The position numbers were made by a program, and so were the translations under genes. DNA of 64,000 bases from Alphaproteobacteria bacterium (GTDB lineage Bacteria; Pseudomonadota; Alphaproteobacteria; RF32; CAG-239), in the NCBI GenBank assembly GCA_044432975.1, contig JAWXUC010000001.1, positions 148,604 through 212,603 of the forward strand, written 5' to 3'. Below are positions 39,619 to 48,577 of the stretch, piece by piece. Every line of letters begins with the position of its first letter. Within the stretch, counting starts at the first letter, position 1. The notes under the pieces are model-generated. The model was not told the DNA's origin, made no database searches, and was given only the letters and a program-made list of their open reading frames with translations.

Positions 39619-41157
39619 ATGAAAAAAAATAAAAATTTTTTAGTTATAGATATTGGTACAAACGCTGTTAAAGCAGCTATTGGAGAATCTGAAAAAAAAT
39701 CAAAATGGCTAGGCAATGAGCCTTGCAAAAGAAAAGGCTTCAAAGCATCTGAACCAAATGACATAAATATTGAATATATTATAAAAGGCGTCTTAAAATT
39801 ACTAGAAAAAGGAACTTCTGAAAACGACATCTCCATCGACGATGTCAGAATAGTTGCAACCGCAGGCTTAAGAAATGCACCTGAAGCAAAAATAAAAGAA
39901 CTTTTTTCAAGACTAAAAGCTGAAAGCCATAAAAGATGGAATAAAAAATTAGATGTAGATATTATTGACGGAAAAAGAGAAGCCGAATTAACTATAAAAG
40001 GAGTTTTCTCATCTATAAGACCTAAAAACAACCCATGCATAATTATTGATTCTGGCGGAGCATCAACAGAAATATCTTATGTAAAATATAACAAAAATGG
40101 CAATCATAAAATATTAAAAACAACATCAATAAATATTGGTAACGATAATCTTGATAAAAAAACATATAAAGATAAAATTCAAGAGGGACTAAAAGAATTA
40201 GGACTAAAAGATACCTGTAAAACAGAAATCATTATTAGTGGCGATAGCATTCATTACTTTAAGAAAAAAACAAAAGACGGTGAAAAATCAACTCTTGAAG
40301 ATCTTGATGGTAACTCTATGGATGGAAAATATTTTCAATCAAAATTACAAAGAACCATAAAAAGAGAAGAGGAAGACAAACTCCCAACCAAAGGTTATAA
40401 AAGAGCCCTAATATTAAATGAAATATTTACTCAACTAAATATTGATGAAAACAACAGAGCCATTGCATCTATAAAAGGTGTAAAAGAAGGATACCTACAA
40501 GAAATATTATCAGGACAACAAAACGATATAGACTTAGATAAAGAAGATAAAAAAGAAAAAGAGAAAAAAGAGAAAGAAGAGAAAGAAGAGAAAGAAGAGA
40601 AAGAAGAGAAAGAAGATAAAAAAGAAGATAAAAAAGAAAAAGAAAAAGAAAAAGAAAAAGAAAAAGACAAAAATGAAGACGAAGATGATAATAAAAACAC
40701 AGATACAACTCAATGTCTTGGTCGTTGGAAAATTTGGGCTCACAAAAACAAACAAAAAATAAACTACTCAAAATTAAAAGACGGTAGCTTATCTATAAAC
40801 ATAGAAGGTAAAGATAAAAACGGAGACATTGAAAGCAAAATAAACATAACTTATAAAACTCCTACAAAAGCCAAAATAATTTGCGACCCAAGCAATAAAA
40901 ACAATGACAAATATTTTCAAGAGTTTATTGATAACGCAGTGAAAGACAAAAGAAAAAATGTTAAATTAAAATCAAAAAACAACAAAGAATTTAACAAAAA
41001 AATGGCATTTTATGCAAAAAAAGCAGGAATAAAAGTATTTATTGATGGCAAAGAAATTCTTAACGAAGAAAGCGAAAAAAGAATAAAAACTGCATTAATA
41101 AAAAAAGAAGAAAAGATGCCAATCGCCGCCAATATCATACCTATCAGAGAAAGATAA
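39619..41157 (+). CDS. Ppx/GppA-family phosphatase-like domain fused to a KEKE low-complexity tract and a C-terminal domain of unknown function.
   Basis: Motifs LVIDIGTNAVKAAI, RIVATAGLRNAPEAK, VDIIDGKREAEL and IIIDSGGASTEISY match the conserved Ppx/GppA motifs in order. Residues of about 300-370 are pure K/E/D repeats, and the last 140 aa or so are unmatched. Confidence 0.55.
   Translation: MKKNKNFLVIDIGTNAVKAAIGESEKKSKWLGNEPCKRKGFKASEPNDINIEYIIKGVLKLLEKGTSENDISIDDVRIVATAGLRNAPEAKIKELFSRLKAESHKRWNKKLDVDIIDGKREAELTIKGVFSSIRPKNNPCIIIDSGGASTEISYVKYNKNGNHKILKTTSINIGNDNLDKKTYKDKIQEGLKELGLKDTCKTEIIISGDSIHYFKKKTKDGEKSTLEDLDGNSMDGKYFQSKLQRTIKREEEDKLPTKGYKRALILNEIFTQLNIDENNRAIASIKGVKEGYLQEILSGQQNDIDLDKEDKKEKEKKEKEEKEEKEEKEEKEDKKEDKKEKEKEKEKEKDKNEDEDDNKNTDTTQCLGRWKIWAHKNKQKINYSKLKDGSLSINIEGKDKNGDIESKINITYKTPTKAKIICDPSNKNNDKYFQEFIDNAVKDKRKNVKLKSKNNKEFNKKMAFYAKKAGIKVFIDGKEILNEESEKRIKTALIKKEEKMPIAANIIPIRER
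40549..40670. repeat. Coding microsatellite made of (gagaaagaagag) and (aaagaa)n units.
   Basis: Tandem 12-bp and 6-bp units encoding (KEE)(KEKEKE) lie inside the Ppx-like ORF. Unit lengths are multiples of 3. Confidence 0.6.
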
Positions 41158-41174
41158 TTTTTCTATAGCTAAAT

Positions 41175-41212
41175 AAAAACCCTTTCTTTTTATACAAATA
41201 GAAAGGGTTTTT
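41175..41212. terminator. Bidirectional terminator between the Ppx-like gene and accC.
   Basis: Sequence aaaaaccctttc (loop) gaaagggttttt. Confidence 0.6.
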
Positions 41213-41234
41213 ATTTAGTCTTTTTTCTAGAAAT

Positions 41235-42581
41235 CTAGTTTCCAGATTTTTGTTTCATATAGTGTTCTAACCAATGAATATTAAAACTTCCATCAATGAA
41301 TTCAGCCTGAGAAATAATATCTCTTTGTAGTGGTATTGTTGTTTTAACACCATCTATAACAAATTCTTCTAACGCACGACGAAGTCTCATTAAACATGCG
41401 TTTCTAGTTTTACCAGAAACAATAAGTTTTGCCACCATAGAATCATAATATGGAGGAATTGAATATCCAGAATAAATCGCAGAATCCACCCTAACACCAA
41501 GACCACCAGGAAAATGACATTCCTTTATTTTACCAGGATTAGGAATAAATGTCTCAGGATCTTCTGCATTAATTCTACATTCAATCGCATGACCCGAAAA
41601 ATGAATATCTTCTTGAGTATAACCAAGTTGAGCACCGCTTGCGATTCTAATTTGTTCACGCACGATATCAATTCCTGTAACAGCTTCAGTAACAGGATGT
41701 TCTACTTGCAAACGAGTATTCATTTCCATAAAATAGAATTTTCCGTCTTCAAACAAAAATTCTAAAGTACCAGCATTTGAATAACCAATTTTTTCTACCG
41801 CATTTCTAACGATATTACCAATTTCTTGTCTTTGTTGATCATTCAATGCAGGAGATGGAGATTCTTCAATCACTTTTTGATTATTACGTTGCACAGAGCA
41901 ATCTCTTTCACCCAAATGCACAACATTTCCATAGTTATCTGCCAAAATTTGCATTTCAATATGACGAGGTTTTTGCAAATATTTTTCCATAAACACAACA
42001 TCACTAGTAAAAGCAGCTTTAGCCTCTGCCTTTGCCATTGTATAAGCTTCAGCCATTTCAGCATCATTAAAAGCAATTTTCATACCTTTACCACCGCCAC
42101 CAGCAGTCGCTTTAACAATCACAGGATAACCAATTTGATTTGCGCACTCAATAGCATGCTCAACACTGGTTAACTCTGGAGAACCTTTAGTAACAGGAAT
42201 CCCTGCTTCTTCAGCAATTTCTCTAGCTGTAATTTTATCACCCATTCTGCGCATTTGCTCAGAAGTTGGGCCAATAAATGTAATGCCACAACGTTCAACC
42301 ATTTCAGCAAAATCAGCGTTTTCAGACAAGAACCCAAAACCAGGGTGAATAGCATCTGCCCCAGTAATATGAGCTGCAGAAATAATAGCATATTTATTAA
42401 GATAAGAATCACTTGAACGAGCAGGTCCTATGCAGATTGCTTCATCAGCTAAACGCACATGCATAGCATTTGCATCAGCTTCTGAGTGAACCGCCACAGT
42501 TTTAATACCCAACTCTTTACAAGCTCGGTGAATTCTAAGAGCCACCTCACCTCTATTAGCAATTAAGACTTTTTCAAACAT
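41235..42581 (-). CDS. accC: Acetyl-CoA carboxylase biotin carboxylase subunit.
   Basis: 448 aa with ATP-grasp motifs and [17 protein letters not shown]. Confidence 0.95.
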   Translation of the reverse strand: MFEKVLIANRGEVALRIHRACKELGIKTVAVHSEADANAMHVRLADEAICIGPARSSDSYLNKYAIISAAHITGADAIHPGFGFLSENADFAEMVERCGITFIGPTSEQMRRMGDKITAREIAEEAGIPVTKGSPELTSVEHAIECANQIGYPVIVKATAGGGGKGMKIAFNDAEMAEAYTMAKAEAKAAFTSDVVFMEKYLQKPRHIEMQILADNYGNVVHLGERDCSVQRNNQKVIEESPSPALNDQQRQEIGNIVRNAVEKIGYSNAGTLEFLFEDGKFYFMEMNTRLQVEHPVTEAVTGIDIVREQIRIASGAQLGYTQEDIHFSGHAIECRINAEDPETFIPNPGKIKECHFPGGLGVRVDSAIYSGYSIPPYYDSMVAKLIVSGKTRNACLMRLRRALEEFVIDGVKTTIPLQRDIISQAEFIDGSFNIHWLEHYMKQKSGN

Positions 42582-43048
42582 TATTCAATCACCATCAAAG
42601 GTTCATTATATTCTGCAGGAGCGCCTGTCTCTATTAAAATTTGAGTAACTTTACCAGATTTATGAGCTTTAACAGGATTAAAAGTTTTCATAGCTTCAAT
42701 CAAGCAAACAGTATCACCTTCTTTAACTTCTGAACCAACTTTAACATAATCAGGAGCAGAAGGCTCTGATGATAAATAAACCACACCAACGATAGGTGAT
42801 TTTAATACATTAGGATTTTTAGACAAGTCAACAACTGCAGGAGCAGAAGTTTCAACCACAGGAGCTGCTACGATAGGAGCTGCAACAGGTGCACCCACAG
42901 GAGCAGAAGCAACAACAGGGCTTGAAGCCACAATAGATTGACGTGTTAAGCAAACACGACCTGTTTCTGTTTCTATTTCCAACTCTGTTAAGTTTGTATT
43001 ATCTAAAATTTCTGCAAGTTCTGCAATTATTTTTGTATCAATATTCAT
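42581..43048 (-). CDS. accB: Biotin carboxyl carrier protein.
   Basis: C-terminal biotinyl domain with the EAMKTFN (AMK) motif and an Ala/Pro-rich linker. Confidence 0.9.
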   Translation of the reverse strand: MNIDTKIIAELAEILDNTNLTELEIETETGRVCLTRQSIVASSPVVASAPVGAPVAAPIVAAPVVETSAPAVVDLSKNPNVLKSPIVGVVYLSSEPSAPDYVKVGSEVKEGDTVCLIEAMKTFNPVKAHKSGKVTQILIETGAPAEYNEPLMVIE

Positions 43049-43200
43049 TATATATTCTCCTTATTTTGACACCTGTTTAACAGAATTATCTAAAAACACA
43101 ACAAAAATCTTCATTTTTTCACACATTTTCACGTTTTCAAAGTGTTTTACAGTTTAACAAAACCACAACAATAAGTTATGTCATTTTTAGCTATAAAAAT

Positions 43201-43596
43201 TCAAAGACTAAATTTTTCTCTCATATTTTGAGGAATTTTAACAGGTCTTAATTTTGTTAAATCCATATGCACGCATGTAACTTCTGCATCTATTAACTGT
43301 TCTTCACCTCTAAAAATTTGTTGTTTACAAACAATAGAAGCACCACCAACATTTGTAATTTCACAAGTTACTGTCAACAAATCATCTAACACTGCTGGTC
43401 TTAAATACTCTATATTAACTTTTCTAACCGCAAAACCAAACGGATTTTCTTTATATAAATCACTTGAGCCAGCAAAACCAATTGAACGCAAAAACTCTGT
43501 TCTTGCTCTTTCTAAAAACTTCAAATAGTTTGCATAATAAACAATTCCACCTGCGTCTGTATCTTCATAATAAATTCTTGCATTAATATTAAACAA
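43201..43596 (-). CDS. ybgC: YbgC-like acyl-CoA thioesterase (hotdog fold).
   Basis: YYEDTDAGGIVYYANYLKFLERARTEFL is the 4HBT-family signature. Confidence 0.75.
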   Translation of the reverse strand: MFNINARIYYEDTDAGGIVYYANYLKFLERARTEFLRSIGFAGSSDLYKENPFGFAVRKVNIEYLRPAVLDDLLTVTCEITNVGGASIVCKQQIFRGEEQLIDAEVTCVHMDLTKLRPVKIPQNMREKFSL

Positions 43597-43668
43597 ATTG
43601 CGACTCCTTTACTAAAATTTAATTATTTATTCTGTACAATGACATAAAAGTAATTTGGAGAAAGCAAA

Positions 43669-45294
43669 ATGTCAATAAAATTAAGTGTCCCAGAAAAAAA
43701 TCTACAACACCTAAAACCAAGAATCTCTGTTATTGGTGTTGGTGGTGGCGGCGGTAATGCTGTTAATAACATGATTGAACAAAACTTAGAAGGCGTTGAC
43801 TTCATTGTCTCTAATACAGATGCACAAGCCTTAGCTCATTCAAAAGCAACCAGAAAAATCCAATTAGGTGCAGAAACCACCAAAGGACTTGGAGCTGGCG
43901 CAAGACCAGAAATCGGCAAACAAGCTGCTTTAGAAGCTCAAGAAGAAATAGAACGCGAGTTAGAAGGCTCTAATATGGTATTCATCACCGCTGGTATGGG
44001 TGGTGGCACAGGATCTGGCGCTGCGCCTGAAGTTGCAAGAATTGCCAAAGCAAAAGGAATTTTAACTGTTGGTGTTGTAACAAAACCATTCCAATTTGAA
44101 GGAAAAAAACGTTTTGAAACCGCAGAAACTGCTGTAGAAAACTTTACCAAAGAAGTTGATAGTATAATTATTATACCAAACCAAAACTTATTTAGAGTAG
44201 CAGACAAGAAAACAACATTACAAGATGCATTCGTTATGGCAGATAATGTTCTTTATGATGGCGTACGCTCTATTACAGACCTTATGATGATGCCAGGTTT
44301 AATTAACTTAGACTTTGCGGATATTAAATCTATTATGGAAGATAAAGGTAAAGCCATTATGGGTACTGGTGAAGCAGAAGGCGAAGATAGAGCCATTAAA
44401 GCTGCTGAACTTGCACTTGCTAATCCATTGTTGGATGATTGCTCAATGAGAGGCGCTAAAGGTGTGTTAATTAACATCACAGGTGGTTCTGATATTACGT
44501 TATTTGAAATTGATGAAGCAGCAACCAGAATTAAAGAAGAAGTTGATGAAGATGCAAATATCATCTTCGGCTCATCTTATGATGATAGCTTAGAAGGCAA
44601 AATTAGAGTTTCTATAGTTGCAACAGGAATTGGCGACAACCCACAAACAAGAATTGCACAAAAAAAAATTATAGAAGAAAAATACATCCCTCAAGATATT
44701 TCAACAGAAATAAGTGATGAAAATTTAGAAGCAAACTTAGAAAAATTTGCAGCAATAAAAGAAAAAGAAGAAGTTGAAGAAATTCTTGAAGTTGTTGAAG
44801 AAATAATTGAAGAAGAAGTATTAACAACAAAAGAAAATACACAAAACTTTATTGACTATGACTTAATTGAAAAATCTCAAATTATAGAAGAAATGCCAAA
44901 GGCTCATGAACTCTTCAACGCAATTCAAAATAATATTGCCGAAGAAAATGAAGAAGAAATGGCAAATAATGATGAAGAAATATTTGTAAGCACAACAAAA
45001 ACTGTACAAGTTGAAGAAGAGCCTGAATTATTTCCAAACCACAACCCTCACGCCAATTTATTTGGTCAAAGAATTGAAGAAGAAGCAGAAGAATTAATTC
45101 AAACAGAACCTAGACGCCCAACATTAATTGAACGTGTAACTGGTTTTTCTATAGCAAAAAAGAATAAAGCAAAAGAAAGAAAAGAAGAACCTTTATTCCA
45201 AGAAGCTGTACCAATGAGTTTTGCTTCAAATGATGATGATTTTAATGAATCAAAAATAAATTTAGAAATACCATCATTCTTAAGAAGAAAATAA
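43669..45294 (+). CDS. ftsZ: Cell division GTPase FtsZ with a long acidic alpha-type C-terminal linker.
   Basis: [13 protein letters not shown] tubulin signature and NTDAQAL. The E-rich linker ends in the conserved C-terminal peptide (IPSFLRRK). Confidence 0.95.
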   Translation: MSIKLSVPEKNLQHLKPRISVIGVGGGGGNAVNNMIEQNLEGVDFIVSNTDAQALAHSKATRKIQLGAETTKGLGAGARPEIGKQAALEAQEEIERELEGSNMVFITAGMGGGTGSGAAPEVARIAKAKGILTVGVVTKPFQFEGKKRFETAETAVENFTKEVDSIIIIPNQNLFRVADKKTTLQDAFVMADNVLYDGVRSITDLMMMPGLINLDFADIKSIMEDKGKAIMGTGEAEGEDRAIKAAELALANPLLDDCSMRGAKGVLINITGGSDITLFEIDEAATRIKEEVDEDANIIFGSSYDDSLEGKIRVSIVATGIGDNPQTRIAQKKIIEEKYIPQDISTEISDENLEANLEKFAAIKEKEEVEEILEVVEEIIEEEVLTTKENTQNFIDYDLIEKSQIIEEMPKAHELFNAIQNNIAEENEEEMANNDEEIFVSTTKTVQVEEEPELFPNHNPHANLFGQRIEEEAEELIQTEPRRPTLIERVTGFSIAKKNKAKERKEEPLFQEAVPMSFASNDDDFNESKINLEIPSFLRRK

Positions 45295-45304
45295 TTATAA
45301 CAAT

Positions 45305-45333
45305 AAAAACGCTCGGATTATCCGAGCGTTTTT
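45305..45333. terminator. Bidirectional terminator (perfect palindrome) between ftsZ and the small-paralog cluster.
   Basis: Sequence aaaacgctcggat t atccgagcgtttt. Confidence 0.6.
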
Positions 45334-45857
45334 ATTGTTATATTAAGATTATAAGCTATTTCAACAAAATCACCAACTGTCATCTCTCGGTAATCATCAA
45401 TCAAAATATATTCCGATTTCAATTTCATCTTATCCTCAACAATCTTAATAACATCTCTAGGTTGAGCAAAAGACAAACCTTTTAATGACAAATCAATTAA
45501 TTTTGTCTCCAAAGTTATATCGCTTTCACAAATCCTATTAAACATAAACAACGTTTTAACTTTAAAAAAATCTAGCTTCTCATCGTCAAAATTTGGATAA
45601 ATTAATAATTTATCAAGAGCACATTCTTCTGCTAAATAACTAGCAATATCCCCGACTGTTATATCATCCTTAAGATAAATAAAAGGACAATCACCAGTGG
45701 CAATAAACTTTCTTTTTGTTTTTCTTTCAAGTTCTTTCAAAATAGAAATCCAATAGTTAAATTCCACTTTCTTATTTACAAGCTTCATAGCCTCTAATAC
45801 AGAAAATGAAAAACTTGTCTTTCTTGAAAGGAATCTTAAGATTTCATTCTTTTTCAT
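45318..45857 (-). CDS. Small acidic protein with two carrier-protein-like repeats (paralog C, about 179 aa from the internal Met).
   Basis: Shares the N-terminal motif EILRFLSRKTSFS and the helix-IV-like motifs ITVGDIASYLAEE and MTVGDFVEIAYNL with the two neighbours. The upstream part of the ORF contains a hairpin, so the start is placed at MKKNEILRF. Confidence 0.45.
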   Translation of the reverse strand: MKKNEILRFLSRKTSFSFSVLEAMKLVNKKVEFNYWISILKELERKTKRKFIATGDCPFIYLKDDITVGDIASYLAEECALDKLLIYPNFDDEKLDFFKVKTLFMFNRICESDITLETKLIDLSLKGLSFAQPRDVIKIVEDKMKLKSEYILIDDYREMTVGDFVEIAYNLNITIKTLG

Positions 45858-45920
45858 AAAATTAAAGTTTTTAAATAAAGCTCCGAATAATCGGAGCTTT
45901 ACAATGGTTTTCACTAAAGC

Positions 45921-46178
45921 TTAAACATTGTTAAGCTCTCCTGCAAACATTTGTGCAATTTGCAAAATAGTTGCATCTTTTTTCAAATAATTCAAATCAC
46001 CATCCTGAAGGACTAAAACACCTGTAAGATCTTCAAGCTTCTCACAAACAGTTATTAATAAGTTTCGAGTATAAAAACTCTCAACTAAAGCCGTCCTTAA
46101 ATAATGAAGATTATAACCTGTCTCATCTGAAATAAACTTAAGCACCTCTTCTGTACTCATTGTCTTTGTTTCTGCCAT
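45921..46178 (-). CDS. Small acidic protein with one carrier-protein-like unit (paralog B, 85 aa).
   Basis: EEVLKFISDETGYNL ... ATILQIAQMFAGE. Layout resembles ACP helices I and IV, with no DSL serine. Confidence 0.45.
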   Translation of the reverse strand: MAETKTMSTEEVLKFISDETGYNLHYLRTALVESFYTRNLLITVCEKLEDLTGVLVLQDGDLNYLKKDATILQIAQMFAGELNNV

Positions 46179-46244
46179 AACAACATTTTTAATGATTAAA
46201 AAATAATTTTTTTCAATAAGGATTATAAACCCCCAAAGTAGTAA

Positions 46245-46829
46245 CTACTTACAACACTCTTTGTAACGCTTTTCAGCATAATCCAATAATGTTTGCAAAG
46301 TAGCATTTTCCTGCGCTGCAACTTCTAAGATATCGATAAGATCAAAATGTGGATACTTAGACATCAAAATTGCTTCAACAGACAACAAATCTTGCTCCCA
46401 AAGCATAAGATCAAGTTCATCAGAGACTTCAGACAATAACTTAGCTGAATTGCTTTCAAAATCATCAATTCCCAAGCCCTTCTCAATAGCAGCAATAGCA
46501 ACGATCCTAAAGCCTTCCTCTTTAACCTCCTTAAGTTTTGGAGCCTTAACAAAAACTGTTTTACTCAAAGCGGTTGTAACTTTTTCAGCAACAAGAAAAT
46601 CAACAACATCAGCAAGAGTAATTCCTTCTTGAATGTTGTGCAAAATATTTTCCTTATCACTTGCCAAAACAACGCGTCCAGCAATAACTTCTAACTCTCT
46701 AATACATTCAAAAATATATCCAGAGTTCAAACTATTTGCAGCAAAAGTTGCTGAAGAAATAGTTTCAATACTTAGGCCTGTTTTTCTACTAAAAAAAGCA
46801 ATAGCCGATTCTTTTGTTAAATTTTTCAT
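46245..46829 (-). CDS. Small acidic protein with two carrier-protein-like repeats (paralog A, 194 aa).
   Basis: AIAFFSRKTGLS...FAANSLNSGYIFECIRELE...ITLADVVDFLVAEK, then a second unit GLGIDDFES...SDELDLMLWEQDL...ATLQTLLDYAEKR. Confidence 0.45.
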   Translation of the reverse strand: MKNLTKESAIAFFSRKTGLSIETISSATFAANSLNSGYIFECIRELEVIAGRVVLASDKENILHNIQEGITLADVVDFLVAEKVTTALSKTVFVKAPKLKEVKEEGFRIVAIAAIEKGLGIDDFESNSAKLLSEVSDELDLMLWEQDLLSVEAILMSKYPHFDLIDILEVAAQENATLQTLLDYAEKRYKECCK

Positions 46830-46889
46830 GTCTTCTTAATTTTAATTGATAAAGTAATTTCCGATTACTTACAAACATAGACAAAAAAA

Positions 46890-47693
46890 CTACTTTGTCA
46901 ATAACAAATATTGCTCAGGAGTTAAGTTTTCTGCCCTAAGGGTATTTTTAATCCCTAAAGCATCTAATTTTTCTTGCAAACCTGAATAACTTTTCAAACT
47001 TTGCCTTATCATTTTACGTCTTTGCCCAAAAGCCATTGCGGTTAACTTTTCAATTTCAGTTATTTCTTTTTTACTTAACAACGATTCTTTTGGCGTAAAC
47101 AATAATACAGAAGACCAAATCTTTGGAGCAGGCGTAAAGCATTCAGGATTCAAATCCATCAACTTAACAATATTACATTGTAATTGTGCAACAACAGAAA
47201 CCCTACCATAATCTTTTGTCCCAGTATCAGCCATAATCCTGTCTGCCACCTCTTTTTGAAACATTAAAGTTAAGCTTTTATAATTACTCATATTATTAAG
47301 CCACCCCATAAGTAGCGGAACAGAAATATTATAAGGCAGATTACTAACTATATGCCCTTGTTTACTTTGCCAATCAACTTTAAGAGCATCTTGATTAAAA
47401 ATATTTAATTGAGGATACACCCTCTTTAATTCTTCCATAATTTTAATACAACGTTCATCCATTTCAAAAACAGATAAAGTTTTAGGATTTGCACTCAAAA
47501 CAGCTCTAGTTAAACCTCCAGGACCAGGGCCAACCTCAAAAACATCTTCTCCATCAAAAGAAGATAACTTTTGCTTATCTAAAGAAAGTTTTATTATTTT
47601 TTCAACAATATTAAAATCTAACAAAAAGTTTTGCCCTAAAGCCTTTTTTGCCATTAAATTATGTCTATCAACAGTCTGTCTTAAGGTTTCCAT
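46890..47693 (-). CDS. rsmA: 16S rRNA (adenine1518/1519-N6)-dimethyltransferase.
   Basis: LGQNFLLD and EVGPGPGGLT SAM motifs. Confidence 0.9.
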   Translation of the reverse strand: METLRQTVDRHNLMAKKALGQNFLLDFNIVEKIIKLSLDKQKLSSFDGEDVFEVGPGPGGLTRAVLSANPKTLSVFEMDERCIKIMEELKRVYPQLNIFNQDALKVDWQSKQGHIVSNLPYNISVPLLMGWLNNMSNYKSLTLMFQKEVADRIMADTGTKDYGRVSVVAQLQCNIVKLMDLNPECFTPAPKIWSSVLLFTPKESLLSKKEITEIEKLTAMAFGQRRKMIRQSLKSYSGLQEKLDALGIKNTLRAENLTPEQYLLLTK

Positions 47694-48577
47694 TATCTTA
47701 ACTCAACCACCGCATTTTGACGCATTTTTTGAGAATAATCTTGTGTAAACATATCCATTTTTTTATTTTGCAAAAAGCTTTTCATTTCTTCCATTGTTGG
47801 AATATATGTCTTTTCAGTTTCTGGATTAAAGTTTTTTTCTAATCTTAAGATATAGTAGCCATTACCAGAAGAAATAGGATCTGAAATTTCTCCTTCTTTC
47901 ATCTTGCTTAAAGCATTTTCTAAAGGTTCATCAAACCTACCCACATTAACCCATCCAAGTTTTCCACCGCGTCCCGCAGAAGGAGCATCTGAAAACTGCT
48001 GAGCATATAACTCAAAGCGACTATCTGTTCTCAATAATTTTACAAGTTCTGATATATTTTTTGCTTTATTTTTTAATATATAAATTTCAGAAATCATACG
48101 TTTAGGAGAATTAATATCTTTCATTGCCAAAGCCAAAGCGTCTTCGGCTTCTTTCTGAGTAACGTTACGAGCTTCATAAGCTTTCATTCCCATTAATTTT
48201 GACCATGCAATATCTGCTTTTATTTGCGCTCTTAATGCACGTTCAGAAATTTTTTCTTCATCTATTTTTCCGTTTTTATCTTCAAAACGTTTAACCGCAT
48301 TATTTATATCTTTCTCATCAACTTTAATACCATTTTTTTCTGCTTCATAAACCTTAAGAGTTTCATCAATGGCCTGATGCAAAACTTGTTGCTTTATCAT
48401 TGGCTCTGTTTCTTGATTTAAAGGCATTCTACTAACAAACAATAAATTTTTCAATCTATCACTTAAATCTGAAGTCGTAATAATTTCACCATTAACCACC
48501 GCTTGTATTTTAGAAGTTTGTGCAAATACTTCAAAAGAAAAAAACAAACAGATAATAAAAAATATTTTTTTCATCAT
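47693..48577 (-). CDS. surA: SurA-like periplasmic chaperone/parvulin PPIase.
   Basis: Signal peptide, SurA-N-like domain and one parvulin domain (GGKLGWVNVGRF...GYYILRLE). Lies between lptD and rsmA, as in other alphaproteobacteria. Confidence 0.75.
   Translation of the reverse strand: MMKKIFFIICLFFSFEVFAQTSKIQAVVNGEIITTSDLSDRLKNLLFVSRMPLNQETEPMIKQQVLHQAIDETLKVYEAEKNGIKVDEKDINNAVKRFEDKNGKIDEEKISERALRAQIKADIAWSKLMGMKAYEARNVTQKEAEDALALAMKDINSPKRMISEIYILKNKAKNISELVKLLRTDSRFELYAQQFSDAPSAGRGGKLGWVNVGRFDEPLENALSKMKEGEISDPISSGNGYYILRLEKNFNPETEKTYIPTMEEMKSFLQNKKMDMFTQDYSQKMRQNAVVELR

Noticed and set aside
40431-40771. Three overlapping minus-strand ORFs (89, 100 and 73 aa) made of poly-F/L/S low-complexity sequence
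   Set aside because: They are the antisense and alternative-frame readings of the KEKE microsatellite inside the Ppx-like gene. They have no SD and a purely repetitive composition.
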